DNA of 64,000 nt from a plasmid. The translations under genes and the position numbers were made by a program. How positions within the stretch are numbered: position 1 is the first letter of the stretch; the number at the start of each line of letters is the position of its first letter. Where the stretch lies: sequence record NZ_KX832927.1; one strand, given 5' to 3'. The notes under the pieces are model-generated. The model was not told the DNA's origin. It saw only the letters and a list, made by a program, of their open reading frames with translations, and did no database searches. Below, piece after piece: positions 9,962-20,611 of this stretch.

Positions 9962-10338
9962 TAGACTTTGCCTCCTTTAATCGCTTGCTGGGTCAGCTTG
10001 ATCCAGTTCAACGGGTTTTCACAGTCAACATGGTTGCCAGCGGCACCAACTACCGTTTTGTATGCCTCCGAGCCTGCCGCTGTGTGTACTGCCAGCATAA
10101 ACGAAAACATAGGGTCATTTTGCATGGTGCCAATCATCATTGCACTGGAAGTGTCTTTGAGCTGGCAGTTTTCAACCCGCAGATTGAGTACATCTTTTGC
10201 CACCATCTTACAGTCGGGACACACCTTCTCAAGGTTCTTGAGCTTTGCGTCGTCATTGAGCACATCAGGAGCCGCGATGGCAGTACCGGCCATACACAGC
10301 CCCAGTGCCAGCAGTTTGAGTTTATTGGTTACTTTCAT
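9961..10338 (-). CDS. Small secreted protein with a CPDC (thioredoxin-like CxxC) motif
   Basis: 125 aa with signal peptide MKVTNKLKLLALGLCMAGTAIA. An internal CPDC motif is followed by a further Cys. Confidence 0.4.
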   Translation of the reverse strand: MKVTNKLKLLALGLCMAGTAIAAPDVLNDDAKLKNLEKVCPDCKMVAKDVLNLRVENCQLKDTSSAMMIGTMQNDPMFSFMLAVHTAAGSEAYKTVVGAAGNHVDCENPLNWIKLTQQAIKGGKV

Positions 10339-10347
10339 GGTTCCTCT

Positions 10348-10794
10348 CTATATCGTTCCAATTTCGTTTCGGTAAAAGAACAGTGGCCCAGTGACTGTTC
10401 TGAGTTCCGGCGTTACTTGCTTTACTCTTGAGCAAATATGCTGCTTGAAAAAGTTGTGGTATCCGTACAAAGCTGGGCGTGTAAAAACGGAATAGATAAT
10501 GAGGGTGATGGCCGCACCAGCGGCCCACCCGATCACGTCCGGAGAGATAAGTCCTGGCACGTCTGAGATACGTTCTGGTTCAACCAAGCGGCACACCACC
10601 AGCACCCAGAACCACATTACCGGCATCACAAAGATCATCTTTCCGACGCAAGCAATGAGCACCTTCACCAAATTCAAGCTCTGCGCCCAGTAAAGCCACA
10701 ACGCAGACAAGGATTGGCGACGTATCACCTGGTAGACGTTCAATGGGATGTCGCACAGATGCACCCCATCTTGATTTATAACGGAGTAGCTCAT
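10348..10794 (-). CDS. Membrane protein
   Basis: 148 aa with multiple hydrophobic segments. Confidence 0.35.
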   Translation of the reverse strand: MSYSVINQDGVHLCDIPLNVYQVIRRQSLSALWLYWAQSLNLVKVLIACVGKMIFVMPVMWFWVLVVCRLVEPERISDVPGLISPDVIGWAAGAAITLIIYSVFTRPALYGYHNFFKQHICSRVKQVTPELRTVTGPLFFYRNEIGTI

Positions 10795-10803
10795 CCTCCC
10801 TCC

Positions 10804-11433
10804 CTATACCCGTTTCTGGAGGTTGCCGAACGTCAGGCCAACCAGGACACAGCACGTCATCATTGTCATCGGGATGACAACCGGATCGAGCGCTATGGGG
10901 ATGAAGAACGCGATGAACAATCCGGCCATCAGGTACATCGTTCCGCGAACGCTATAACGATGGAGAACCGGACTCGCATAATCGAAGTTGGTCCGCTTAA
11001 TTCGCCATGTCATCATCCCGTCATATACCGCAGGTACGAACAGGATCAGCATATAGGGAGCCCACGCGGCTAACAGCGCCAACCGTGTGTAGAACTGGTA
11101 AATGACGTTGACAAAGGCTTCCATGCGGCCTTTGACCCACACAAACCAGCCCTTGCCCATATCCTGCATCCCCTTGGACTTCTGGCGCTCCTCTTCTGAT
11201 GGGATCAGCGTTTGGTACATCCCCTCATAGAAGCCTGAATCAATAACGCTCGACCTGAACCAGGTAGATGCTTTGTTCTGTATCCAGTCTCTTGCTTCGA
11301 CACCAAGACTCTGTTCCACCAGCACGGATTCCCTTTTGATGGCTCTGTCTGTCCAGTCGCCAGGGATCAGCAGCAATATTGCCAGCAACTCAATAACCAG
11401 CAGCCATGCGACCAGCAACCACGGCTTCTTCAT
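10804..11433 (-). CDS. Polytopic membrane protein in a TraJ-like position of the tra operon
   Basis: 209 aa with an N-terminal transmembrane segment plus C-terminal transmembrane helices. Confidence 0.4.
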   Translation of the reverse strand: MKKPWLLVAWLLVIELLAILLLIPGDWTDRAIKRESVLVEQSLGVEARDWIQNKASTWFRSSVIDSGFYEGMYQTLIPSEEERQKSKGMQDMGKGWFVWVKGRMEAFVNVIYQFYTRLALLAAWAPYMLILFVPAVYDGMMTWRIKRTNFDYASPVLHRYSVRGTMYLMAGLFIAFFIPIALDPVVIPMTMMTCCVLVGLTFGNLQKRV

Positions 11434-11974
11434 AGTCGGTTCTCCTTAAAACAGTTTTCACGCTCTCACAGGTGATGAGCTCATACAGCAAGCCACGCAA
11501 AGAGGTCTCATCCTCATGGGGCTGCGGGTTAATGGATAGTTCTCCTGGATGGGAAGAAAGCCACAGTGAGAACGACTCTCCTGAATCGACAGACCATGAA
11601 TCACCGCCACTATCGACAATTTGCACTTCCAACGCCCGGCAGGTTTCGGTGATCAGGGTTTCCAGAAATGCCCCAATTCTGGCCGGGTCTTCATATTTCT
11701 CTCTCTGCTCATGAAACACGAGCTGGCTGTAGCGATGCAGAGCTTCTTCAATGATCGGGTAAATCACAGGCTCCTGATTAGCCTTAATCCCGTCTGTGAT
11801 GTAGCAGCTCAGCTTCTCGATGATGGCCTCCGATGCAGGCCAGTCGAATTGGAGGATGCTCAGGATGTGAGCGTTCTTGCGGCCACGACTTTTCAATTCA
11901 TTCATAACCCTGTCGAAAGGGTTCACATCGACCATGATGGCTACCTCGTAATCTCTATACTTCTTGTCACACAT
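11390..11974 (-). CDS. Acidic hypothetical protein downstream of traD
   Basis: 194-aa ORF immediately 3' of traD, overlapping the next gene. Confidence 0.4.
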   Translation of the reverse strand: MCDKKYRDYEVAIMVDVNPFDRVMNELKSRGRKNAHILSILQFDWPASEAIIEKLSCYITDGIKANQEPVIYPIIEEALHRYSQLVFHEQREKYEDPARIGAFLETLITETCRALEVQIVDSGGDSWSVDSGESFSLWLSSHPGELSINPQPHEDETSLRGLLYELITCESVKTVLRRTDYEEAVVAGRMAAGY

Positions 11975-11984
11975 AGCTCTGCTC

Positions 11985-13850
11985 TTACTGGGTCAATATG
12001 GGCAGACGGCCTTTTACGATTGTTCCGCCTGAAATTTTGGCTATGTATTCCAGGTTCGGAAGCATTCCCAATAACTGGGCTGGGAACAGATCAGCTTCCT
12101 CCTCCATCAAACGCTCGCCTTGGTTGCCTCCGTGCATAATGGGCTCCTTGCCATCCGAGTTCTGGCCTTGAGTCCGCATGACGTACTTGAGCCGGGTCTT
12201 CGGCAGGTTATCCGCGATATACTCCTGGGTTTCACCATCGACGATACGCAGAGCAAACGTGTTGTTGATGTTCCCCAACACCTGGAGCGCTTTGTCTTTG
12301 CTACCCAGTCGAGCTGCGAAGTCAGCAAAAGTCTGAGTTGCAACGAAAAGACGAAGTTTCGCACCGCGACCTTTGTTCAGGAGCTGGATGAACGGGTCGT
12401 TGATCACCTCGGCAGCCTCATCAACAAAGATATTTACGGGTCTGTTGTTGACGCCGTAGTTGTATCTGTCACCGGCAACCGCTGTCAGGTCTGACAGGAA
12501 GATGGACCCCATAGCACTACCAACCATGTTGTCGGTCAGGGAGTCGAGCCCCAGATAAGCAACTTGAGCGTTGTTGATGATTTTTGCGGAATCGGTGATC
12601 TGGCGTTCGTCGCTCAGATCAGATGAGTCTGGAGACAGCAGAGGGCCTAGCTCCCCGGACGTCAGCATATTCATGATCGGCAGGAGGTTCGCCACCATCT
12701 TGGAGAAGTGGGTTTGGTCGTGCTGGAACATCGACAGCAAGCCTTCCAGGTCAGAGTTCGGGTGCTCAGGTTGGATGATGTCGTAGTAGAACTTCATCAA
12801 CGCGAAAGCGATCTTCTCACGCGAACCGTTTTTGGCTTTTTCCAAGTAAGCCGCTGCTTCTGCCTCCCAGTCGGGCATAACTCGCTCTGAGTAAGCCTGA
12901 ACGGCCTTGATGACCAAGCCAGCAGCGCCACCTTCAAGGAATCGGCGGAGCTTTGTCAGGTTGGGACGATCATGAGTGATGACCAAGCCCTGAGCGATGT
13001 TGTTCAGTGCCTGCCATCCAAATGATTTGAACGGGTCGGCCCCTGCTTCGGACGGGATCAACGCTGCCAAACGACTTGCGATTTCAGTCACGCGGGTGAA
13101 GTTACGCAGAGGGTCGATACGCACCGACTCTTCCGGGAATGCTGGATGAAATGAGACGAATCTTTCCGGCTGCCCCATAGCTTCACAGGCACGTCGGGCA
13201 TTGTCCCGCATCTCCTTATCCCCTTTCGGGTCTATGATGATCACGGCTTCCCCACGCAGAATGGCCTGTGAAATCAGGATGTCGAACATACGGGTCTTGC
13301 CCGAGCCGGTGGTCCCAACGATCAGCGAATGCCCCTCAGTGTGCTTGAGTGGCTGCATCAGCTTCTCTTCTTTGGGCTCTACCCCGTGAATCCAGGGCTG
13401 GCCGATTGGCAGCTCCTTTTTCTTACCCTGTATCTTCCGGACAACCTTTTTGACCGTGGACTCTCTCCCTACGATGGAAGTCCAGTCGCGTTTCAGGATC
13501 TCAAACACGCGCTGGGCATGGCGGTTTTCCCACAGGAACCCACTACCAAGCCACATATCGTCCGGCGTGTCCTTGATGTACTTTTGGAGCTCCGCAATGG
13601 AAATAAACTCCAGATCACGCCCCTTCAAATGCTTTTGGAGCAGGTGAAGTTTGATAGCCTTGGGCAAACGAGCCATCGCCATCACGCCACAGATCCCCGT
13701 CATCCAATAGAATGGCTCCGGCGGCATCGTGCTGACTTGCTCTACGGCCAAAGCCGCGCCGGAGGCGGCAAGCCAGCCTGCTACAGCATTTTTTTCATAG
13801 TTGGGCCGCCACGGCATCTCGTAGGCGAGCGGGTCATAACTCATTGTCAT
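11985..13850 (-). CDS. traD: Type IV coupling protein TraD (VirD4-like ATPase)
   Basis: 621 aa with an N-terminal transmembrane region, Walker A GTTGSGKT and a Walker B-like IFVDEA. It overlaps the traI stop. Confidence 0.8.
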   Translation of the reverse strand: MTMSYDPLAYEMPWRPNYEKNAVAGWLAASGAALAVEQVSTMPPEPFYWMTGICGVMAMARLPKAIKLHLLQKHLKGRDLEFISIAELQKYIKDTPDDMWLGSGFLWENRHAQRVFEILKRDWTSIVGRESTVKKVVRKIQGKKKELPIGQPWIHGVEPKEEKLMQPLKHTEGHSLIVGTTGSGKTRMFDILISQAILRGEAVIIIDPKGDKEMRDNARRACEAMGQPERFVSFHPAFPEESVRIDPLRNFTRVTEIASRLAALIPSEAGADPFKSFGWQALNNIAQGLVITHDRPNLTKLRRFLEGGAAGLVIKAVQAYSERVMPDWEAEAAAYLEKAKNGSREKIAFALMKFYYDIIQPEHPNSDLEGLLSMFQHDQTHFSKMVANLLPIMNMLTSGELGPLLSPDSSDLSDERQITDSAKIINNAQVAYLGLDSLTDNMVGSAMGSIFLSDLTAVAGDRYNYGVNNRPVNIFVDEAAEVINDPFIQLLNKGRGAKLRLFVATQTFADFAARLGSKDKALQVLGNINNTFALRIVDGETQEYIADNLPKTRLKYVMRTQGQNSDGKEPIMHGGNQGERLMEEEADLFPAQLLGMLPNLEYIAKISGGTIVKGRLPILTQ

Positions 13851-16825
13851 GTTTCATTTACCTCTAAATACAATTTTCCCTGACGTTTCTTGAGCAAAGG
13901 GCGTCTCTGTGCCCGGCTCAGCATCCCGCAGAGGATGTGTTTGCTGATGCCGATGTTTTCACCGGCAATCATGTCGAAGGCTTTGTCACTGGTTACTAAG
14001 CAGCCATCCTCTTCCAGGACAGGTGTCACGAGCCATCGGCCCGAGCGTTTTTGGATCATGTCCTTGAGCATCTGGAGTGCTTTCTGAGGCGTAACACCAG
14101 ACGGCAAGAAATCTTCCGCGTTGATGTCTTTCGGGTTTGTTTTCGCCTTAGGCGGCTCAAACTCCCTAACCTCTGGATCTTCCCTTTCTCGCACCTCGAC
14201 GTGTCCCAATTCCTTCTCACGCTCAACTTTGGGCTCAGGAGCCACCGGTTGAGCCTCCCGCTTAGGAAGGCGAGCCACGTTCTGTTTTTCTTGGACCGGC
14301 TTGCGCTGTTGCTCTTCAACCGGAGAAGTAACATCGACCTTCTTCTCCTTCGGCTGTGGCTGGGAGTCCTTACCTTTCGCCTTTTGTTCAGGCGAGGCTT
14401 TACCGGCATTAACCTCAGGCTTCTGCTGCTGCGCCTTTTTTCGGCTTTGTTGTTTCGGTGCAGACTTATTTTTGCTTGCATCCAAGCCAGGGGGAGAGAC
14501 GAGCTCAAAGGCATCCTGGTATCCACCCATTGACGCCTCGGCATCCTTAATGGCCGCCACGACTGCATCTGAAAGCTGCTCCGCCAGTACAATTGCCTTC
14601 ACTCCGCTGAAATCACGAACTTTGCGACCTGGCATAATCGGGTCCGGAACAATCGCGTTGGCGTGGGACAGCTTCGAGAGAACCTCTGACGGCGCACCCA
14701 GCGACCGAGCGCCATCCGGGTACAAAATGACGGCTTGCCCCTTCATCAGGCATAGGACTTCGCCCAGCGTCGTTTTACCTTCCAAAACAGGCATGATCGC
14801 TTGTTCAAGCAACGCCGATGCTTCCCCGTATCCAGACAACATCTCAACGAGCAAGGTCTTTGCGTCCTTCTCATGCTGATTAACGTTGTCCGTATGCGGC
14901 ATTTCTGGCGTGTGCGTTGGTTGTTCTGGTGCGTCAGTCAGCATAGGGAGCGGCTCAATCGCCCATGATGGCGGTTCATCAGAACCACCGAACATTGGAA
15001 AGTCATCGCCCTGCAGGGAGTTTTGTTCTTGTGGAACGAAGTCCTGTTTTGGCTGCTCCTCTTGCTTTCCGGGCATTGCCACATCTGGGATTTCTGAGTT
15101 TGTTGCGTCAGTGCTGGTTGTCTCTGCCGATGCGTTGAATGCGTCAAACGGGAAGTCGATGTCCCCCAGTCCACCCCCAACATCCTTGAGTGCTTGTAAC
15201 GGATTGTCGTTTGCCAAAGGTGGTGCGTTTTTGGCAATGTCCTGAGGGGACAGATCCTCTTTTGCCTCTGGTTTATGGGGTTGTTTCTCCGTATCACTCT
15301 TCGGTTTTGCTTTGCCCGGTTTGCTCTGCGGCTTACCCTTCTTGCCAGCGTCAGGCTTAGATGATTCCGTTGGTCCCGCATCTTTTTGCTCTGGCTTCTC
15401 CTCGACAGCATCGGAGGTGCTTTTCAGCATCTCCATCGCATCACCAAAGCCAAGGCCAGCTAGAGCTTTCTCTGCTTCCTGCTCTGCGGCCAACATGTCA
15501 TCGTTCAGAGCTGCTTCACCTTCCTCTTGGTCGTCACCGTCATCGGCTTCCTCAGGATCAACGAACTCAATCTCAGCGTCCTCAACATCACCAACAACTT
15601 CCGCAGCAACAGCCGCAGGAGGCTCAGTCGTAAACACCAGGTCGTTTGATTCGAGTCGGAGCATCAAGATCTTCACCGAACCCGCCGCCTCCTGGAGCAT
15701 CTCAGGCAAAACTTCCCAGTAGCGGTAGTACGCACGTTCACCCTTCTCCTGCACCGTGTTTGGTACAGCAAAACCACGTTCGATGAGAATGTCGGCCAGT
15801 GTGTCAGGGTCTCGTGGGATACCGGGGATCTTGTCGTGGCTGATCAAGTCATAAAGGTCCCCAAGCTGTTTCCAGGCAATGAATACACCTTGGTTGAGGT
15901 GCCAGACTTTCGCGCCTGGCTCATTGACCTTCCATTTTCCGGTTTTAACCAGGCGGCGGATGGCATCGAACACGTAACGCTCGACGGGCACACCATAGGA
16001 GAACTCGTCCACATCGAGACGACTCTGGCGAAGGTCCCGTGAGACGCTCTCTTGGTCAGCGCGAAGCATCAGCTTGGTCACAGGCTGATTGACGCTGGTT
16101 CCTGAGATAGCTTCCAGCATCGCTTCCATGATGGACGGGCCAGACTTGGACAGAAACTCCCGAGTCTCAGCCGGAATAATTCGATCCACCGCCAGCAGCG
16201 AGAATTGCTCATGTCTTTTGTGTCGCTTGTCGCGCCACCGGATAAAGTAACGGTCGATTTCGTGACGGTGTGCCCAGTCATGAAGTGACTCCGAATACGG
16301 GTTCCATGTGATTGACCCGTCTTTGTCCGTAATGGACACATCCGAGAGCGGTTTACCCACATCATGCAGCAGCCCAGAGAAACAGCTCGCCAGTCTCCAA
16401 CGCGGCTCATTGTCACGGCGTTCCCGAGGCGTCCCCTCGATGGAAAAGATAACTGACTCAGATGCCTGAGCTGCCCAGAAGGCCACTTCAAGCCCATGTC
16501 GGAACAGACCACCAGCGCCACGGTGGTGGTGTGATTCGGAAGCTGGCAACAGGTGAACAAACGCGGCATACCGCTGGATCACCGGCAAAACAAGCCGGTT
16601 GAAGTCGTCCACAGTGAAACCGAGAGAGTTCCGCACTTTCTCAATCAGTTCAGCTTGGGTTGCCAGTATCTTGTCTAGTGGGGCCACTGGCAGGCCCTTG
16701 GCAAAAGGTGGGTATCGAGGGATTTCTTCATCTTCCACGTCTTTAAGCGGCAACACTCTGGCGCTCGGCGCGGTCTCGATCACTCCACTTCGCCCACCAA
16801 ATAACTTGTTAAGGGCTTTCAGCAT
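13847..16825 (-). CDS. traI: MobH-family relaxase TraI (HD-domain)
   Basis: 992 aa. An N-terminal HD-type metal-binding motif (ASESHHHRGAGGLFRHGLEVA, then LLHDVGK) is followed by a long acidic/lysine-rich low-complexity C-terminal half. This matches the TraI layout of IncA/C and SXT-type MOBH elements. Confidence 0.75.
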   Translation of the reverse strand: MLKALNKLFGGRSGVIETAPSARVLPLKDVEDEEIPRYPPFAKGLPVAPLDKILATQAELIEKVRNSLGFTVDDFNRLVLPVIQRYAAFVHLLPASESHHHRGAGGLFRHGLEVAFWAAQASESVIFSIEGTPRERRDNEPRWRLASCFSGLLHDVGKPLSDVSITDKDGSITWNPYSESLHDWAHRHEIDRYFIRWRDKRHKRHEQFSLLAVDRIIPAETREFLSKSGPSIMEAMLEAISGTSVNQPVTKLMLRADQESVSRDLRQSRLDVDEFSYGVPVERYVFDAIRRLVKTGKWKVNEPGAKVWHLNQGVFIAWKQLGDLYDLISHDKIPGIPRDPDTLADILIERGFAVPNTVQEKGERAYYRYWEVLPEMLQEAAGSVKILMLRLESNDLVFTTEPPAAVAAEVVGDVEDAEIEFVDPEEADDGDDQEEGEAALNDDMLAAEQEAEKALAGLGFGDAMEMLKSTSDAVEEKPEQKDAGPTESSKPDAGKKGKPQSKPGKAKPKSDTEKQPHKPEAKEDLSPQDIAKNAPPLANDNPLQALKDVGGGLGDIDFPFDAFNASAETTSTDATNSEIPDVAMPGKQEEQPKQDFVPQEQNSLQGDDFPMFGGSDEPPSWAIEPLPMLTDAPEQPTHTPEMPHTDNVNQHEKDAKTLLVEMLSGYGEASALLEQAIMPVLEGKTTLGEVLCLMKGQAVILYPDGARSLGAPSEVLSKLSHANAIVPDPIMPGRKVRDFSGVKAIVLAEQLSDAVVAAIKDAEASMGGYQDAFELVSPPGLDASKNKSAPKQQSRKKAQQQKPEVNAGKASPEQKAKGKDSQPQPKEKKVDVTSPVEEQQRKPVQEKQNVARLPKREAQPVAPEPKVEREKELGHVEVREREDPEVREFEPPKAKTNPKDINAEDFLPSGVTPQKALQMLKDMIQKRSGRWLVTPVLEEDGCLVTSDKAFDMIAGENIGISKHILCGMLSRAQRRPLLKKRQGKLYLEVNET

Positions 16826-16992
16826 GTAGGTTGACCATATTCCTATCGTATTTCTCGTCGCTACATGCTCTCAAAACACCTTTAGATCGCACACACGCCT
16901 ATCTGTCCAATTTGGGCAGTTTGAGAAACCAGCTTTCCATCCCCCCCCTTTTAGAATGGGCTCATCGACAATTTTTGATGAGGAACGACACG

Positions 16993-17610
16993 ATGAGACA
17001 ACTGATAGCAATTCTGGGAGTGGCAATTCTGGCCGGGTGTGCCTCTAACGCCCCCGAGCAAAAGCCTCAGCCCCAGACTGCCCCTGCCGAAAATGACAAA
17101 CCTGCCCGAGTTAGCCGGGAACTGTCGATGGCATGGGACAACATGGGGCGCGGTGGTGCTGCATTACGTCAACCTGGTTATATCCATGTGCTGGGCGACG
17201 GTAATGTCAGCGCAACGATGAACAAGGTCAAAGATGACTCCGCTGGTTCAGATAAAACTCCAGCAGGGATCAAGCAGCACGGGGATGTGAACGAAGCCAT
17301 CAATACCTTCAAGTCCATGAATAAAGGCAAAGGCTACTCGCTGTACGAGTTGTCACGCTGGGAACGCTATTGCGATGGCGGCAAAGGTATGGACGAGCAC
17401 GATTGGCGCTTTGTGGAAGCCGAGGGGACTACAAACATCCCCAAGGATGTTGTAACCGGCTGCATACCACCTACCCACACCTATCAAGATTATCTGAATG
17501 CCTGGACGCACTTTTGCACCAGCCAGGCTGTAACTGACGCAGATCGCCGCATTGTGCGCGAGTCCGTGCGTCCCTATTCAGTGGTGAACCCATGCAAAGC
17601 TCTGAAATAA
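16993..17610 (+). CDS. Lipoprotein
   Basis: Begins MRQLIAILGVAILAGCAS, a lipobox. The ORF-track start at 16831 lies upstream, but 16993 is the more plausible start. Confidence 0.5.
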   Translation: MRQLIAILGVAILAGCASNAPEQKPQPQTAPAENDKPARVSRELSMAWDNMGRGGAALRQPGYIHVLGDGNVSATMNKVKDDSAGSDKTPAGIKQHGDVNEAINTFKSMNKGKGYSLYELSRWERYCDGGKGMDEHDWRFVEAEGTTNIPKDVVTGCIPPTHTYQDYLNAWTHFCTSQAVTDADRRIVRESVRPYSVVNPCKALK

Positions 17611-17825
17611 GAAACCAGACAGAGCCAAGCCGTAAGGCTGAGCTCTTCGACGCTTTATCAATCATGCTCCAGGAGGCCGGTTCGAGGGGTAATTCCCGCG
17701 AAGCGGCCTATGTCATTTCTGGAGTCCTCGAAAACCTCTCCAGAGACTACCCCGAAGTCAAAGGTCTGGCCCAAAGCTGGGCTGAGCTGGCGAATCTGGA
17801 ATCAAAGATGAGAGGAGCTGCTTAA
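17592..17825 (+). CDS. Small hypothetical protein
   Basis: 77-aa ORF whose stop overlaps the topB start. Confidence 0.3.
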   Translation: MQSSEIRNQTEPSRKAELFDALSIMLQEAGSRGNSREAAYVISGVLENLSRDYPEVKGLAQSWAELANLESKMRGAA

Positions 17826-20017
17826 TGGACCTTTATATCTGCGAGAAGCCTTCTCAGGCCAAAGATTTGGCTGGCGTAATGAAGGCCTCCCAACGAGGTG
17901 ATGGATTTCTCCATGATGGAGGAAACCGCGTTATTACGTGGGCGTTCGGCCACCTGCTGGAATTGTATATGCCAGACGATTATGACGAACGCTACAAGTC
18001 ATGGTCACTGGAGACCCTCCCTATTGCACCAGAGTCATGGCGGTACAACGTTCGCAAGAGTGCGTTCAAACAGTACAAAATTGTTGAGGGACTGGTCAAA
18101 AAGGCGAGCACCATCTACATCTCAACGGACTACGACCGAGAAGGTGAGGCTATCGCCCGTTCGCTTCTGGATCGATTCCGCTACTCTGGCCCTATTCGCC
18201 GGGTTTGTTTGACGGCTCTCGATGAGTCAAGCATCAAGAAAGCGCTGAACAACGTAAAGGATGGCAAGGATACGGTCTCACTCTACTACGCCGCATTGGC
18301 ACGGCAACGCGCTGACTGGTTGGTAGGCATGAACGTGAGCCGCCTCTACACAGTGCTGGCCCGAGATGTCGGCTTCAACCACACTCTTCACGTTGGCAGG
18401 GTTATCACCCCAACCGTCGCTCTTGTTTGTCAACGGGACCGAGAGATCGCCGGTTTCACCCCCTCACCATACTGGACTCTGGGTGTGAACGTGTCCGTAC
18501 AGAATGGACAGTTTGCCGCCCAATGGATACCACCAGAAGAGTGCAGTGACGAGCAAGGCCGGTGCGTCAATAAGGCCTATGCCGAGCAGGTAGCCTCCCA
18601 GGTCAATGGTGCCAATGCTGTTATCAGCAAAGCAGAAACCAAACCAGGTAAAGAGTCAGCCCCCCTCCCCTTCGATCTAACGTCGCTGCAACAATACGCA
18701 AGCAAACGATGGGGATACACCGCTCAGCAGGTACTGGATGCAGCTCAAGCTCTGTACGAGACGCACAAAGCGACCACCTACCCTCGTACTGATAGTCGTT
18801 ATCTACCCGAGAGCCAAAAGGAAGACATTCCGGACATTCTCCAGGCGCTCATTTTGTCCGATCAGAACGTCTCTGGGCTGGTGGCTGGCGCAGATCCTCA
18901 TCGCAAGGCCAGGGTATTCAATGACGCCAAAGTGACCGCGCACCACGCGATCATTCCAACACCGGCCAGAACAGACATCAGTGCCATGTCTGAGATCGAG
19001 TTCAATCTTTACGACGCCATCCGTCGTTTCTACATCGCGCAGTTCTACAGCGAGTTCGAGTTCACCAAAACCTCCATCGAGGTGCAGTGTGGGCGTCACC
19101 TCTTTGCGGCCTCTGGTAAGACACCTGCCAAACAAGGCTGGAAGGTTTTGTTTGCTTCTGATAGTGAAAGCAGTCCCAAGGACGAGGGGGAAGACACCGA
19201 CGCGCCGGTTGAACAAGAGAAGCTCCCCAGGGTTAGCCAGGGCGAACCCGCTTTGCTTAATGGTGCCGAGCTGGCAAACAAAATGACGCGGCCAGCACCG
19301 CACTTCACCGAAGCCACATTGCTTGCCGCGATGGAGAACATTGCCCGGTTCGTGACTGAGGAGAAGTTCAAGCAAATTCTCAAAGACACAGCCGGTTTAG
19401 GCACTCCAGCAACACGCGCAAGCATCATCCAGGGCGCTGTTGATAAAGGCTACTTCAAACGTCAGAAAAAGGTACTGCTTGCAACTGATAAGGCTCATGC
19501 GCTTATCGCAGTGCTTCCACCAGCCATCAAATCACCCGGCATGACTGCGGCTTGGGAGCAGGAGCTTGAGAAAGTCGCCTCCGGCTCCGGGAATATGTCT
19601 GTCTTCATGAAGCAGATTTCCACCTGGATCTGCCAAATGGTTGAGCAGCTCAAAGTGGCCGCACCGGTTCTGACCAAAGAAGGTGGCGCGATGGCTAAAG
19701 CCTTCGAGGGCGCTAAGCCGCCTTCACACGAATGCTTCAACTGCGGTGGAGAGATGCACCGGATCAAAGGGAAGAACGGATTTTTCTGGGGCTGCCAGAA
19801 CGAGGCTTGCAAGAAGACGTTCCCAGACAACCGAGGGAAACCCGAGAAGCGTATCGCGGCTGAGGATTGTCCAGACTGCCCAGATTGCGGTAGCCCGATG
19901 CGTCTCAGGAAAGGAAAAGCGCCCGGCAAGAAGCGAGCTTCTAAGTTCTGGGGCTGCACCGCCTATCCCGATTGCAAAGGCACTATGCCCTTCAAAAAGT
20001 CGGACTTTATGGATTGA
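17825..20017 (+). CDS. topB: DNA topoisomerase III (type IA) with C-terminal zinc ribbons
   Basis: 730 aa with a Toprim start (MDLYICEKPSQAKDLAGV...ITWAFGHLLEL) and C-terminal repeated zinc-finger motifs (CFNCGGEM...CPDCPDCGSPM...WGCTAYPDCKG). Confidence 0.85.
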   Translation: MDLYICEKPSQAKDLAGVMKASQRGDGFLHDGGNRVITWAFGHLLELYMPDDYDERYKSWSLETLPIAPESWRYNVRKSAFKQYKIVEGLVKKASTIYISTDYDREGEAIARSLLDRFRYSGPIRRVCLTALDESSIKKALNNVKDGKDTVSLYYAALARQRADWLVGMNVSRLYTVLARDVGFNHTLHVGRVITPTVALVCQRDREIAGFTPSPYWTLGVNVSVQNGQFAAQWIPPEECSDEQGRCVNKAYAEQVASQVNGANAVISKAETKPGKESAPLPFDLTSLQQYASKRWGYTAQQVLDAAQALYETHKATTYPRTDSRYLPESQKEDIPDILQALILSDQNVSGLVAGADPHRKARVFNDAKVTAHHAIIPTPARTDISAMSEIEFNLYDAIRRFYIAQFYSEFEFTKTSIEVQCGRHLFAASGKTPAKQGWKVLFASDSESSPKDEGEDTDAPVEQEKLPRVSQGEPALLNGAELANKMTRPAPHFTEATLLAAMENIARFVTEEKFKQILKDTAGLGTPATRASIIQGAVDKGYFKRQKKVLLATDKAHALIAVLPPAIKSPGMTAAWEQELEKVASGSGNMSVFMKQISTWICQMVEQLKVAAPVLTKEGGAMAKAFEGAKPPSHECFNCGGEMHRIKGKNGFFWGCQNEACKKTFPDNRGKPEKRIAAEDCPDCPDCGSPMRLRKGKAPGKKRASKFWGCTAYPDCKGTMPFKKSDFMD

Positions 20018-20030
20018 TAGAGGAATTAAG

Positions 20031-20520
20031 TATGTTTGGAACAATCATTTTAACTGCGATGCTCACCACCAGCTCAGCCACTGCCGAAGATGCAGGGAAG
20101 AACATCGCCTCAGGCTTGGCGGCGGCATCCGCCAGCCAAATGGGGCAGGCCGTAATGCCAACTTTAGCTACCAGCTCGGCCATTGCAAAAAGCGCAGGTA
20201 AAGGCATGGTGTCAGGTTTGGCTGCGGCGACTGCCAGCTACATTCCCCAAGACGAGCTGAGCTTTACTCGAAGCTATAAGAACTCTGAGGCTGTGGATAT
20301 GGCAAAGGGCCTGGGGACATTGAAAGAAGCGCCTGAGTTTCTCTACGTTGTTACAGACGTAAATGCCAACATTGCGGTCAAATGCAAGCGCGTCTGGGAG
20401 CCTCAATCTCTGGCTTTAAGTCCAGTGATTGTTGAGCTGGTGGAACTACGTAAGACGAACAACAAAGACAGCTACGAACAAGCACTATCCCACCTCGATT
20501 GTTCAATGTTCACAGACTAA
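20031..20520 (+). CDS. Small secreted protein with an internal duplicated motif
   Basis: 163 aa preceded by an RBS (aggaattaagtATG). A hydrophobic N-terminus is followed by two copies of GK-x3-SGLAAA-S/T-AS. Confidence 0.45.
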
Positions 20521-20526
20521 AACAAT

Positions 20527-20552
20527 TAAGGGGCCGATGGCCCCTAATTTTT
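20527..20552 (+). terminator. Rho-independent terminator (aggggcc-gat-ggcccct plus a T run)
   Basis: Perfect 7-bp GC stem followed by a T run, immediately 3' of the 20031 gene. Confidence 0.6.
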
Positions 20553-20611
20553 AATAACCCAATTTCTTTTGATACCTGATTTTCCTACCAAGCACAGTTG
20601 TCATACACCAT

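Noticed and set aside
14051-16569. ORFs antisense to or overlapping within traI (14051..14533, 14056..14592, 14301..14879, 15312..15722, 16078..16569)
   Set aside because: They sit inside the 992-aa relaxase gene in GC-rich, low-complexity coding sequence. These are typical shadow ORFs.
16826-16992. oriT assignment to the intergenic region upstream of traI
   Set aside because: I found no convincing inverted repeat or nic-like motif, and in related MOBH elements oriT lies in different places. I did not annotate it.
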